Positions 27,912-36,949 of a DNA stretch of 64,000 nt are shown here, piece after piece. Numbering within the stretch: position 1 is the first letter of the stretch; each line of letters starts with the position of its first letter. A program made the translations under genes and the position numbers. The notes beneath the pieces are model-generated. The model did not search any database and had not been told where the DNA came from. It worked only from the letters and a program-made list of their open reading frames with translations. The stretch comes from Candidatus Binatia bacterium (GTDB lineage Bacteria > Desulfobacterota > Binatia > HRBIN30), in assembly GCA_038245295.1 (NCBI GenBank), contig JBBRSP010000003.1:32001-96000 (forward strand). The letters are read 5' to 3'.

Positions 27912-29495
27912 TCACTGCAGCTGGTACGCCGGCGACTCGAGCACCAGGCAAAACAGGCCGCGCAACTTCTTGTCGACGGTTGTCGGATCGTTGAGATTGA
28001 TTGGCGGTGCGATGCTGCCGGCTTCGGTGAGGTAGTCGATCAACGCTTGACGCGACGCTGAACCGTTGGGGAACTGATCCTGGACGTGCAGGGCGGCGGT
28101 GACGGCATCGACGATGTCGCCGGGATCGGTCAGAGCTCTGTTGATCAGGCGTTCCGGTCGGAAGGCTTTGCTGCCGACGCCACGCGCCTGGGCGATGATG
28201 ACGGCGAAATCGTTGCGCTCGAGCAACGTGCCACTGTTCGTCCAGGCCGTCTCCCAGTCCCAACCGAACACCGTCGGCGGCTCGAACAACGCCTGTCCCA
28301 TGTCGGTGAGTTGTTGCTGAATCCCGACTGTCGTGCTGATCGCGTTCAGCACGTGGTAACGCTTGACGGAAATAGTTTCGTTGATGCCGTCGTTGTTGAT
28401 GTCGACGCTGGCGGTGAAATTCGTATAGTCGAGGTTCATGTTCAGCTGGCGCAGCGTCGAGACGACGTAGTGCACCGGCCACTTCACCGAGTGGGGCTGC
28501 GCCACCGCCGCGTAGAAGAAGTCGTCGACGAGAATTTCGCGCAGCAGCGGCGCCAGTTGCCAGGCTGTTAGCGGGTCGGTCGAGCCGTCGAAATTCGAGC
28601 GTGCGATGATAGCGTCGATCGTCGCCTTGGTGGGGTTGGCGTTCGCCAGGTACGAGATCAACTTCCCCGTGATGTAGCGAGCAACGGTGCCCTGTCCGTC
28701 GCTGTCCGTATGATCGAAAAGGATGTCGATGACGTTGTCGATTTCGGCGGCGCCGATGCTCGTGCCCCCGAGGGTGATGTCGCGGCCGGCCGCCCCGAAT
28801 CCGCCCACCGTGGTGAAGACCGGCTTCGGAGTGGTGTTGTCGTGTTTGGTCGTGTCCAGATAGGCGTCGCCGTACTTGTGACCCGCCGACGTGTCTTTGT
28901 AGAAGCGCCAGCCGCTGAACGCCTTGGCAATCTGCACAATGTCGGCCTGCGTGTAGTTGGCGACGCCGTTGATGTCGTAGACGCCCAGCGTGAACAGCTC
29001 TTGCAACTCGCGCCCGTAGTTCTCGTTCGGCTTGGTTTTGGTGTTCTTGTTGGTGTCGAGGAAGTCCATCATCGCCGCGTCGCGGTTGATCGACTTGACG
29101 AAGGTCTTGAAGCTTTCGTTCTTGACGTTGCCTTTGCAGTGGCGGCGCAGGAGTTTGTTTTGATTCGCCATCAGCGTGAAGTCCTTCACGTCGATGACGC
29201 TGCAAGCGAAGTGATCGTGCCAGAAGAGCACCATCTTCTCCTGGAACTGCTTGCCGGTCTTGAGCATGTAGTTGAGCCAACTGTCGTGCACCTCGCGACG
29301 CAGATCGGCCTGGTAGACGTTGTAGCGCACCTTCGGTTTGAAGGTGGTGCCCTTGCCGCGCGTCAGCGCGTCGGCGGCGTAGCCGCGCGACTTGCCGGTG
29401 TAACGGTGCAGATCCCGCGTCGAGATTTCGAAGCCAACGCGACGCAACAGATGGCGCGCCTCCGCTTCGTCTAGGAGTGTGTTTTCGTCGCCCAT
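27912..29495 (-). CDS. DUF1800 family protein
   Basis: ARHLLRRVGF, EKMVLFWHDHFA, PNENYGRELQELFTLG, MGQALFEPPTVFGW, SPAYQLQ; GGAGG RBS. Confidence 0.9.
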   Translation of the reverse strand: MGDENTLLDEAEARHLLRRVGFEISTRDLHRYTGKSRGYAADALTRGKGTTFKPKVRYNVYQADLRREVHDSWLNYMLKTGKQFQEKMVLFWHDHFACSVIDVKDFTLMANQNKLLRRHCKGNVKNESFKTFVKSINRDAAMMDFLDTNKNTKTKPNENYGRELQELFTLGVYDINGVANYTQADIVQIAKAFSGWRFYKDTSAGHKYGDAYLDTTKHDNTTPKPVFTTVGGFGAAGRDITLGGTSIGAAEIDNVIDILFDHTDSDGQGTVARYITGKLISYLANANPTKATIDAIIARSNFDGSTDPLTAWQLAPLLREILVDDFFYAAVAQPHSVKWPVHYVVSTLRQLNMNLDYTNFTASVDINNDGINETISVKRYHVLNAISTTVGIQQQLTDMGQALFEPPTVFGWDWETAWTNSGTLLERNDFAVIIAQARGVGSKAFRPERLINRALTDPGDIVDAVTAALHVQDQFPNGSASRQALIDYLTEAGSIAPPINLNDPTTVDKKLRGLFCLVLESPAYQLQ

Positions 29496-29538
29496 GATAC
29501 CTCCACTAGTCCTTGGTCCCGCTGCCTTAATGCCACGC

Positions 29539-30552
29539 CTAGTCGGTCCCCGGCACCCAGCCGACGTCGGGAACCCCGGCATCGATCCACAGTCGAATGA
29601 TCTCGCGACTCGAAGCGGGCAGCATGCGCCGTCCCGGCGGCCGCGGCATGCGCGAACCCAGGCCGACGGCGTCGGTCAGGTCGTTGTCGATCTTGTGCAT
29701 CAGAAAACTGGTGGCCGAATTGCCCGGCTGAATGCGCCTCCATCCAAGCCCGAGTGCGGCCGGGTTCTGCGGATCCTGATTGACGGTGTTGTTGAGAGCG
29801 GCGCCTGGCTCCAGGAGCAGGCCGCCGGAGTTGTCGTGGCTCTCGGAGTCGTGACAGGTGGCGACGGCACAACTGGCGCTGAAGACCTGCTTTTGAATCC
29901 GGTCGTAGGTACCCGAAAACAGCTGCTGAGGCTCGCAGCCATGCGCCTCAGCACTGGCCGGAATACAGGTCAATTTCAACTTGTCGGCATCACTCGGCCC
30001 GACCAGTGGCTGTGGTTGGGTGAACAGGCGGACGACCTTGTAGTTGCTCTGGCAGCGGTTCGAGTTGGTGAGGGGCTTGCCGGTCGGCCCTTTGATGCGG
30101 ACACGCACCTGGCTGGTAGAGCTGCACAGGTTCTGGGTCGTCGTGGGCAGGACGATGTCGTTGTCGACGACGGCTTGCAGAGCCTGCATGTCGGGATCGA
30201 ACGCCGGATCGACACCATCATCGAGGCCATGCTCGACCGTGAGGGTTTCGATCCCAGTCGACGTGCAGGCAGTCGGATTGAACGTGCTGTTGGCACAAAC
30301 GGTAACAGCAAACGAGCAGACGCCGTTGACGGTGGCATCACCGTCACATGTCGGATCGCCGTCGACACAACGCACACTTCGCGGGTTGCTCTTCGGCGCG
30401 TTGACGTTGGCTTTGAGCGTGGCGTAGCAATCGGTACGCGCCGGGCGACCGCCGCCGACCTCGACCAGGGGGTCGACGCCAAAGGCAGGGTTTGCGAGCA
30501 AAAACGAGCCGAGTGTGAAAACTGCTCCCGTCAGCTGATTCGCTAGCTTCAT
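29539..30552 (-). CDS. Secreted Cys-rich protein with C-terminal c-type cytochrome-like domain (CX4CH)
   Basis: Signal peptide; CVDGDPTCDGD; SCAVATCH at 29851-29871; distal RMP and IIRLWIDAG as in planctomycete-type cytochrome c domains. Confidence 0.7.
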   Translation of the reverse strand: MKLANQLTGAVFTLGSFLLANPAFGVDPLVEVGGGRPARTDCYATLKANVNAPKSNPRSVRCVDGDPTCDGDATVNGVCSFAVTVCANSTFNPTACTSTGIETLTVEHGLDDGVDPAFDPDMQALQAVVDNDIVLPTTTQNLCSSTSQVRVRIKGPTGKPLTNSNRCQSNYKVVRLFTQPQPLVGPSDADKLKLTCIPASAEAHGCEPQQLFSGTYDRIQKQVFSASCAVATCHDSESHDNSGGLLLEPGAALNNTVNQDPQNPAALGLGWRRIQPGNSATSFLMHKIDNDLTDAVGLGSRMPRPPGRRMLPASSREIIRLWIDAGVPDVGWVPGTD

Positions 30553-30671
30553 TTCACCTCGTCTTTCTCGGCCCTGCGTTACTACTCTGCTCCGGTGGGA
30601 TGCATTGTCGAGAAATAAAATTGCGAAAAGCGGGAAAAGGTTGGGAGTTTTCGTTGATCTGAACAACGCGC

Positions 30672-30735
30672 CGCAAGCTGAAGCTTGCGCCTACCAGGCA
30701 AGCCGGACTGCGGTAGCCGCAGGCTTTGGCCTGCG
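30672..30735. repeat. GTAG-type REP doublet
   Basis: CGCAAGCTGAAGCTTGCGCCTAC ... GTAGCCGCAGGCTTTGGCCTGCG; same family as 41889-41991. Confidence 0.7.
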
Positions 30736-30746
30736 CGGCCCAGGCT

Positions 30747-32567
30747 TCAACAGCCCGACAGCGCTCGCGTGACGGCGGCGAGAATCTCGTCGATGGTGAT
30801 CGTCTGGTCGGAGTTCGTGTCACCCGCGTGGCACGCCGCAGGGGCGGACCCTTCGAGCGCCGCCTGTACCAGGGTGACGAGCTCGTCAATCGTTACCTCG
30901 TGGTCACCGTTGCAGTCGCCAGGGCAGGGCTGGGCCACGGTCGTTGGTGTCGCGGTGTCTGCTTGCGTTGCCGTCGGGCTCGGCGTCGCCGTTGCCGAGA
31001 ATGTTGGGACCGAGGTCGAGGTCGGCGGCGTGGTTGTCGTCGGCGTAAGCGTGGGAAGGGCGGTCGGCAAGCGTGTCGCCGTGATCGTCGGGGTTGCGGT
31101 GGGCCGCGCCGATTGGGTGCGGGTTGGTGTGAAGGTGACGGGGCCGAGGTCGACGGTGATGGTGAACACTTTCGTGTGCGAGTCACCATTCGTATCGGTG
31201 ACCGTGGCGCGCACGAAACCGTTGCCGGCGAAGGAAGGCGTACCCGACAGGAGGCCGTTGGTGCTGAGCTGCAGACCGGTGACATTGGTGCTGGCAAGAG
31301 TCCACTGAAACGAGCTGCTGCCGCCGGTGGCATCGAGCTGCTGGCTGTATGGTTTGCCGCTTTTGCCTTTCGGTAGTTGGGCGGCGGTCGTAATCGTTGG
31401 GGGCAGCGTCGCCGGATACAGGAACTGCACGCCGGCGATATCGTCATCGCGCACCGAAGCACAACGGCCATCGAAGTGGGCGCGGTAATACATGGTGGCG
31501 TCGCGTAGGCTCGCATCGGGCTCGGGGCTGCGCTCGGAGGAGTGGCCGAGGCCCAGTGTGTGTCCGAGCTCGTGTGTCGCAATCTCGGCGACGTTGCATT
31601 CATTCCATACGCCACACTCGGCCCAGCCATTGGCGAAGGTCAGGCTGGCGCAGCGGGTGCGCACGAAGTTGGTGCCGTCAAAGTGTTTGGTCTCCGACGT
31701 CGCGAATTGGAATCCGCCGAGAGCCAGCACACCCATGCAGTTGGTCGGTGGTGGAATGCGATCCGACGGATCGTTGAAGATGACGCGGTTGGGTCCGGGG
31801 CAGTCGAGTGTGACGGTCGCGTCGAGCCCACCATCACTAAGGTCGATTGTTCCGCCGGCGCCGTTCCACTTGCCGAAGGCGCTGTTCACGAGTCGCCGCG
31901 CTGTCGCCAGGCCGAGCAGCGCGTCGCCGTGCCCGTCGATGAGGAACGGTACACTGATGCCCTCGTCAGGCTCGAAGAAGCGTCCGTGACTCGGCCCGCT
32001 CAGGCTGAAGGCGGCGCTGTAGTCCGCGGTTGTGTCTACCTCGACACCGTTGAGCCGCATGGTGCCATTCGAGATGATTCCCGGTGGTATGGCGACGTTC
32101 CAACGGCCGGCGCGGCGACTCGTATCGAGTGCTACGGGGAACTTGCCCAACGACAGTTGGTGCGTGCGCCAAGATCCGTCGCGACGATGTGCGAGAAAGA
32201 CGAGCGCGGTTTCGCCGGCTTCGTATTGCGGCGCGCCGTCGATGACCTCTGTGATATCGGCAAGCTCGCCGCCGTCTTCGACGAGCTCGATGTCCGTGTC
32301 GGGCAAGATCCCTGTCAGGACCTCGTCGACGTGTAAGCCAACGTGGCGTTCGATATGGCCGTCGGCGCGTAAGCGCGGCGTGACCCGCGAGACAGTTGCT
32401 CGGACGACCACCTCGGCGCCGGCGGTGAGGTCATCAACGCTCATCGGCACGATGGTCGTTGCCACCGCTGCCTGGGCGCAAGCAACGAGGAGGAGGAGAA
32501 TCCAGCCGCGAGGGTTTCCCGGGATCAGCACGGGCGGCAGTTTCCGTGAGCGGCGCGGCTGAAGCAA
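30747..32567 (-). CDS. Secreted matrixin (M10-like) metalloprotease with Ig-like domain, Pro/Thr linker and dockerin/EF-hand-like tail (start uncertain)
   Basis: HELGHTLGLGH and Met-turn DATMY; PT-rich linker; CPGDCNGDHEVTIDEL...GDTNSDQTITIDEI. Confidence 0.85.
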   Translation of the reverse strand: MLQPRRSRKLPPVLIPGNPRGWILLLLVACAQAAVATTIVPMSVDDLTAGAEVVVRATVSRVTPRLRADGHIERHVGLHVDEVLTGILPDTDIELVEDGGELADITEVIDGAPQYEAGETALVFLAHRRDGSWRTHQLSLGKFPVALDTSRRAGRWNVAIPPGIISNGTMRLNGVEVDTTADYSAAFSLSGPSHGRFFEPDEGISVPFLIDGHGDALLGLATARRLVNSAFGKWNGAGGTIDLSDGGLDATVTLDCPGPNRVIFNDPSDRIPPPTNCMGVLALGGFQFATSETKHFDGTNFVRTRCASLTFANGWAECGVWNECNVAEIATHELGHTLGLGHSSERSPEPDASLRDATMYYRAHFDGRCASVRDDDIAGVQFLYPATLPPTITTAAQLPKGKSGKPYSQQLDATGGSSSFQWTLASTNVTGLQLSTNGLLSGTPSFAGNGFVRATVTDTNGDSHTKVFTITVDLGPVTFTPTRTQSARPTATPTITATRLPTALPTLTPTTTTPPTSTSVPTFSATATPSPTATQADTATPTTVAQPCPGDCNGDHEVTIDELVTLVQAALEGSAPAACHAGDTNSDQTITIDEILAAVTRALSGC

Positions 32568-32892
32568 GCCGCTTATCAGAAATGGCGTCTGGCGAACGGC
32601 TGGTGGGCCGCCTCGCTGCCGTTGCCGAGTCTTCCATGGCGAGATTCCGCTGCAAATTCAGGGGGTGAATGCGGTTAGCGGACGTGAAAAGCCGAAAAAC
32701 GTTTAATTTGGGTGGCTAGGTCAGGTCGTCCGGGCCCCTGAAAGCGCCTCCTGGGGCTTCCTGGTGCGTCAGGCGCGGGAGCGACACCTTGCGAAATGCC
32801 ACATTTGTCCTCGGGAGCGGGCGACGGCGGGAGAAGCGCCAATTGCTTGGCGGGTGGTGCGTCGTCGGCGACTGGTGATATGAGGCGCCGCC

Positions 32893-34482
32893 ATGGCGCG
32901 ACGCCCGTCCCTCGAAGAAATCCTCGCCGCCGACCAGCGTGATCTGCAGCGGCTGGGATACGCGCAACAGCTCTATCGCGAGATGGGTGGCTTCTCGAAC
33001 TTCGCCATCTCCTTCTCGATCATCTCGATCCTCACCGGCGCCGTGCAGTTGTTCGGTTACGGGCTGCAGTTTGCCGGGCCGGTGATCAACACCTTCGGTT
33101 GGCCGTTGGTCAGCCTGTTCGTCCTCTGTGTTGCCGCCTCGATGGCCGAGCTGGCGTCGGCGTATCCCACGGCCGGTGGTTTGTATTTTTGGGCGCATCG
33201 TCTGGGTGGCCACCGCTGGGCTTGGGTGACGGCGTGGTTCAACATGATCGGCCAGGTGTGCATCACGGCGGGCATCGACTACGCCGCGGCGCAGTACGGC
33301 ATCGGCGCCTTTAATCGCATCACCGGGTCTAGTGTCGCCATCGACACGCCGACGACCATCGCCGTGATGACCGTGCTGTTGCTGCCGCAAATGCTGATCA
33401 ACATCTTCGGCATCAAACTGACGTCGCGCCTCAACGACTTCAGCGTCTACTGGCATCTCGGTGGTGTGGCCATCATCGCGCTGCTCCTCCTGCTGCTCGG
33501 CGAGCATCGTCAGCCGCTGTCGTTTCTCTTTCAGGCCTCGACGACGCTGACGCCGCACGATGCCGGCGCGACTTTTGCGATCGGGCCGTGGACCTTCGAC
33601 TCGTTCATGCTGAGGCTGCCGGCGTTGCATGAACTTTACACCCGCGGCGGCTTCGCGTTGGCGTTTGTGCTCGGGCTCCTGCAGGCGCAGTGGACCTACA
33701 CCGGCTACGACGCATCGGCGCACGTTGCGGAAGAGACGGTCATGGCTCGACTCAACACGGCGTGGGGAGTCTTCCTTTCGGTCGCCGTGTCGGCGGTCGT
33801 CGGGTATCTTCTCTTGCTGATCATCACGTTGCACGTTCCCGATGTCGCGGCGACGGTGGATCCGGCCAACAGCCCCGCCGTCCTCTACGTCGTCTACGCC
33901 AACGTGCCGGCGATGGCAGGGCATCTAATCGCCGTGATCATCGGCGGTGCCATGTGGTTATGCGGCTTGTCGTCGATCACCAGCATGAGCCGTATGTGGT
34001 TCGCCTTCGCGCGCGACGGCGGCATGCCGGGGCATCAACAGATCGCTCGCGTTCATCCGCGCTGGCGCACGCCGATCTGGGCGATCGTCGTGACCTGCAT
34101 GCTGTCGGTGCTTCTTACGGTGTTTGCGGCTCTCTATTCCGTCGTTGTGGCGCTCAGCACCAGCGCGCTGTACGTCGCCTACGGTATTCCCATCTACCTC
34201 AATTTGCGCAACCGGCTGCGGCGGCGCGGCGAGTTCGTCACCTCTGAGTTGGCGCCGTGGAACACCGGGCGATGGAGTCCCTGGCTCAACGCCTTATCGC
34301 TCACGTGGATCGGATTCTTGATCGTCCTGTTCTCGCTGCCGCCGAACGAGCTGGCGGGCTGGGCGTTGGTGGCTCTCGCGGTCTTCATGTTCGGCTACTG
34401 GCATGCGAGCGCCAAACATCGCTTTCACGGGCCGAGGCCGACGGGCGACGCGGCGGGGGACGACGCCGCGGGGGTTCGATAA
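32893..34482 (+). CDS. APC-family amino acid/polyamine permease
   Basis: LGYAQQLYR, FSNFAISFSIISI, MAELASAYPTAGGLY, TGYDASAHVAEET, FARDGG. Confidence 0.92.
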   Translation: MARRPSLEEILAADQRDLQRLGYAQQLYREMGGFSNFAISFSIISILTGAVQLFGYGLQFAGPVINTFGWPLVSLFVLCVAASMAELASAYPTAGGLYFWAHRLGGHRWAWVTAWFNMIGQVCITAGIDYAAAQYGIGAFNRITGSSVAIDTPTTIAVMTVLLLPQMLINIFGIKLTSRLNDFSVYWHLGGVAIIALLLLLLGEHRQPLSFLFQASTTLTPHDAGATFAIGPWTFDSFMLRLPALHELYTRGGFALAFVLGLLQAQWTYTGYDASAHVAEETVMARLNTAWGVFLSVAVSAVVGYLLLLIITLHVPDVAATVDPANSPAVLYVVYANVPAMAGHLIAVIIGGAMWLCGLSSITSMSRMWFAFARDGGMPGHQQIARVHPRWRTPIWAIVVTCMLSVLLTVFAALYSVVVALSTSALYVAYGIPIYLNLRNRLRRRGEFVTSELAPWNTGRWSPWLNALSLTWIGFLIVLFSLPPNELAGWALVALAVFMFGYWHASAKHRFHGPRPTGDAAGDDAAGVR

Positions 34483-34651
34483 GCACACCTGCCATATTAC
34501 GTGAGCGGTTTAGTTGCGCCGCAGCGGCCGCGTTACCTTGACTGATAGGTGACCATCACATACTTGCATCGCGACCCCGGTCCGCGCGCGTTCATCCGAT
34601 TGTTCTGGCTGTGAGGGAGAGGTGGGAAGCGCGCGGGTCGAGTACAGAATT

Positions 34652-35008
34652 ATGGCTGAACTTTATTTACCGATGTTGATTACGTGTCTCCTCGCCGGCG
34701 CGATGGTGGGGTCACTCGTGTTTGCCGGGCAACTGCTGGGTCCGCACGTCGAGAACCCGGCCAAGGGCGAGTCGTTCGAGTGCGGCAATCCATCGACCGG
34801 CAGTGCCTGGGGTCGCTTTTCGGTCAAGTTCTACATGACCGCAATCCTGTTCATCGTCTTCGATATCGAAGTCGTCTTTATGTATCCGTGGGCTGTGGTG
34901 TTTCGCCGCTTGGGCTGGTTTGGGTTTGGGGAGATGATGACGTTTGTCGCCATCCTCGGTGTTGGGTTGCTCTATGTTTGGCGAAAAGGGGCACTGGAGT
35001 GGGATTGA
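34652..35008 (+). CDS. nuoA: NADH-quinone oxidoreductase subunit A
   Basis: FECG, FSVKFYMTAILFIVFDIEVVF, KGALEWD. Confidence 0.95.
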   Translation: MAELYLPMLITCLLAGAMVGSLVFAGQLLGPHVENPAKGESFECGNPSTGSAWGRFSVKFYMTAILFIVFDIEVVFMYPWAVVFRRLGWFGFGEMMTFVAILGVGLLYVWRKGALEWD

Positions 35009-35036
35009 TTCCCCTTCAAGCGACCAACCACGGACA

Positions 35037-36137
35037 ATGATCCTTCTCATCATCATTTCGCTCGTCAAAGCGCTGATTGCCGTCCACATCGTGCTGATCT
35101 TCGCCGGGGTTCTCGGTTGGATCGAACGTAAGGGCAGCGCCCTCATTCAGGATCGCATCGGCGCCAACCGCGCCTCGATCTTCGGCTTCGCCGGGGCAGG
35201 GCTCATCAACACGATGGCTGCCGATCCGCTGAAGTTCCTGACCAAGGAAGACATCATCCCCGACGGCGTCGATCGACTGCTGCACACCTTGGCGCCGTGC
35301 GTGAATCTGTTCCCCGTGCTGGTGGCGTTCTGTGCCGTGCCGTTCGGCGACGTCTTACACCTGCCGGGTGGCGTCGACGTCTCACTGCAGGCCATCCCTC
35401 TGGGTGTTGGCGTCTTGTTCGTCCTCGCCATGGCCTCGATCGGCGTTTACGGCGTTGTCCTCGGCGGCTGGGCTTCAAACAATCGCTTCTCGCTGCTTGG
35501 CGGCATCCGCGGCTCGGCGCAGATGATCTCGTACGAGCTCGCGATGGGGCTGTCGATCGTCGTCATGGTGATGACCTTCGGGTCACTCGATCTGCAGGAG
35601 ATCGTTCGCGCCCAGGGCCATCTCATCGGTGGTTGGCTGCCCGGCTGGGGCATCCTGTACCAACCCGTCGCCTTCATCGTCTTTTTGATCGCCGGTATCG
35701 CCGAGAGCAAACGTGTGCCGTTCGACTTGCCGGAAGGTGAGTCGGAGTTGGTCAGCGGCTACTTCACCGAATACTCCGGCATCAAGTATCTCATGTTCTT
35801 CATGACCGACTTCGCCGAGGTGGCGACAATCGCGGCGCTGATCACGACGTTTTTCTTCGGTGGTTGGCAGGTGCCGTATCTGACGCCCGACGGCTTTGTG
35901 TTCCCGGGTGGCGCGTCGCTGCACATCAACCACTACGTCATCGTGCTGATGCAGTTCGGTGCCTACCTGCTCAAGGTTCTGTTCTGGTCGTGGTTCCAGA
36001 TCATGCTGCGCTGGACGTTGCCGCGTCTGCGTTACGATCAACTCATGTGGTTTGGCTGGAAACGTATGTTGCCGGTGGCGCTGGTGAACATGGTGATCAC
36101 GGCAGCCCTGATCCTGGCCTTGCAGGGGGCGCCGTGA
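35037..36137 (+). CDS. nuoH: NADH-quinone oxidoreductase subunit H
   Basis: [54 protein letters not shown]. Confidence 0.96.
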   Translation: MILLIIISLVKALIAVHIVLIFAGVLGWIERKGSALIQDRIGANRASIFGFAGAGLINTMAADPLKFLTKEDIIPDGVDRLLHTLAPCVNLFPVLVAFCAVPFGDVLHLPGGVDVSLQAIPLGVGVLFVLAMASIGVYGVVLGGWASNNRFSLLGGIRGSAQMISYELAMGLSIVVMVMTFGSLDLQEIVRAQGHLIGGWLPGWGILYQPVAFIVFLIAGIAESKRVPFDLPEGESELVSGYFTEYSGIKYLMFFMTDFAEVATIAALITTFFFGGWQVPYLTPDGFVFPGGASLHINHYVIVLMQFGAYLLKVLFWSWFQIMLRWTLPRLRYDQLMWFGWKRMLPVALVNMVITAALILALQGAP

Positions 36138-36640
36138 GCCCAATTGTCTTCGGCATTCTAGCGATCCTGCTGGTTATGAGCGGCCTCGGCGTCGTGCTGG
36201 CGCGCAGCCCCATTCGCTCGGCGATGTCGCTCGTTATGACCCTGTTCTTCCTCGCCGTGATGTTCCTGCTGCTCGACGCGCAGCTCGTCGCCGCGCTGCA
36301 GATCATCGTCTACGCCGGCGCCATCATGGTGTTGTTCCTGTTTGTCATCATGCTGCTCAACCTGCAGGAAGAGCCGGCGGCGCTCGGGCGTGTCGGCTTG
36401 CGCTACGGCGCCTCGTTTATCGTCTCGCTGTTCGTCCTGGCGGCAGCGCATTTCCTTACTACGGGGACACTTCAGCCGGGCAATGCCATGGCCGACGCAG
36501 TCGCCCCCGGGTTTGGCTCCACGGAGCAGATTGCCGAGCGTTTGTTTACGCAACATATCTTCGCCTTCGAGCTCACCTCCTTCTTGTTGTTGGTGGCCGT
36601 CGTAAGCGCCGTTGTGCTGGCAAAGAAGAATCTCCAATGA
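36134..36640 (+). CDS. nuoJ: NADH-quinone oxidoreductase subunit J
   Basis: [25 protein letters not shown] overlap with nuoH. Confidence 0.95.
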   Translation: MSPIVFGILAILLVMSGLGVVLARSPIRSAMSLVMTLFFLAVMFLLLDAQLVAALQIIVYAGAIMVLFLFVIMLLNLQEEPAALGRVGLRYGASFIVSLFVLAAAHFLTTGTLQPGNAMADAVAPGFGSTEQIAERLFTQHIFAFELTSFLLLVAVVSAVVLAKKNLQ

Positions 36641-36945
36641 CAGCAGCTCCCATCAGTTGGTTCCTCGTCCTTGCCGCCGTTCTGTTCGGCCTTGGTGCGC
36701 TTGGCGTGCTGATTCGCCGCAACATCATCGTCATATTCATGTCGATCGAGCTCATGCTGAACGCGGTGAACCTGGTGTTCGTCGCCTTCTCGCGTTTCCT
36801 GCATGCGATTGACGGGCAGGTGATCGTGTTCTTCGTCATGACCGTGGCGGCCGCCGAGGCTGCTGTTGGTCTGGCCATCATCATCTCGGTGTTCCGCAAC
36901 CGCGAAACCATCAACGCCGACGATCTCAATCTCTTGCGCTGGTAA
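36637..36945 (+). CDS. nuoK: NADH-quinone oxidoreductase subunit K
   Basis: RRN...[21 protein letters not shown]. Confidence 0.96.
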   Translation: MTAAPISWFLVLAAVLFGLGALGVLIRRNIIVIFMSIELMLNAVNLVFVAFSRFLHAIDGQVIVFFVMTVAAAEAAVGLAIIISVFRNRETINADDLNLLRW

Positions 36946-36949
36946 CCTG

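Noticed and set aside
27895..29280. 823-aa ORF suggesting a long N-terminal extension of DUF1501
   Set aside because: The upstream part overlaps DUF1800 in another frame and is low-complexity Arg/Gly-rich. The real start is the Tat signal at 27894.
32568..32892. Possible ncRNA (6S) or riboswitch in a 325-bp intergenic region
   Set aside because: No convincing long rod structure or riboswitch consensus found by eye.
34538..34566. Sigma-70 promoter / FNR-like site upstream of nuoA (TTGACT; TGAT-N8-ATCA)
   Set aside because: The -10 element is weak at 17-bp spacing, and the inverted repeat spacing does not fit FNR (TTGAT-N4-ATCAA).
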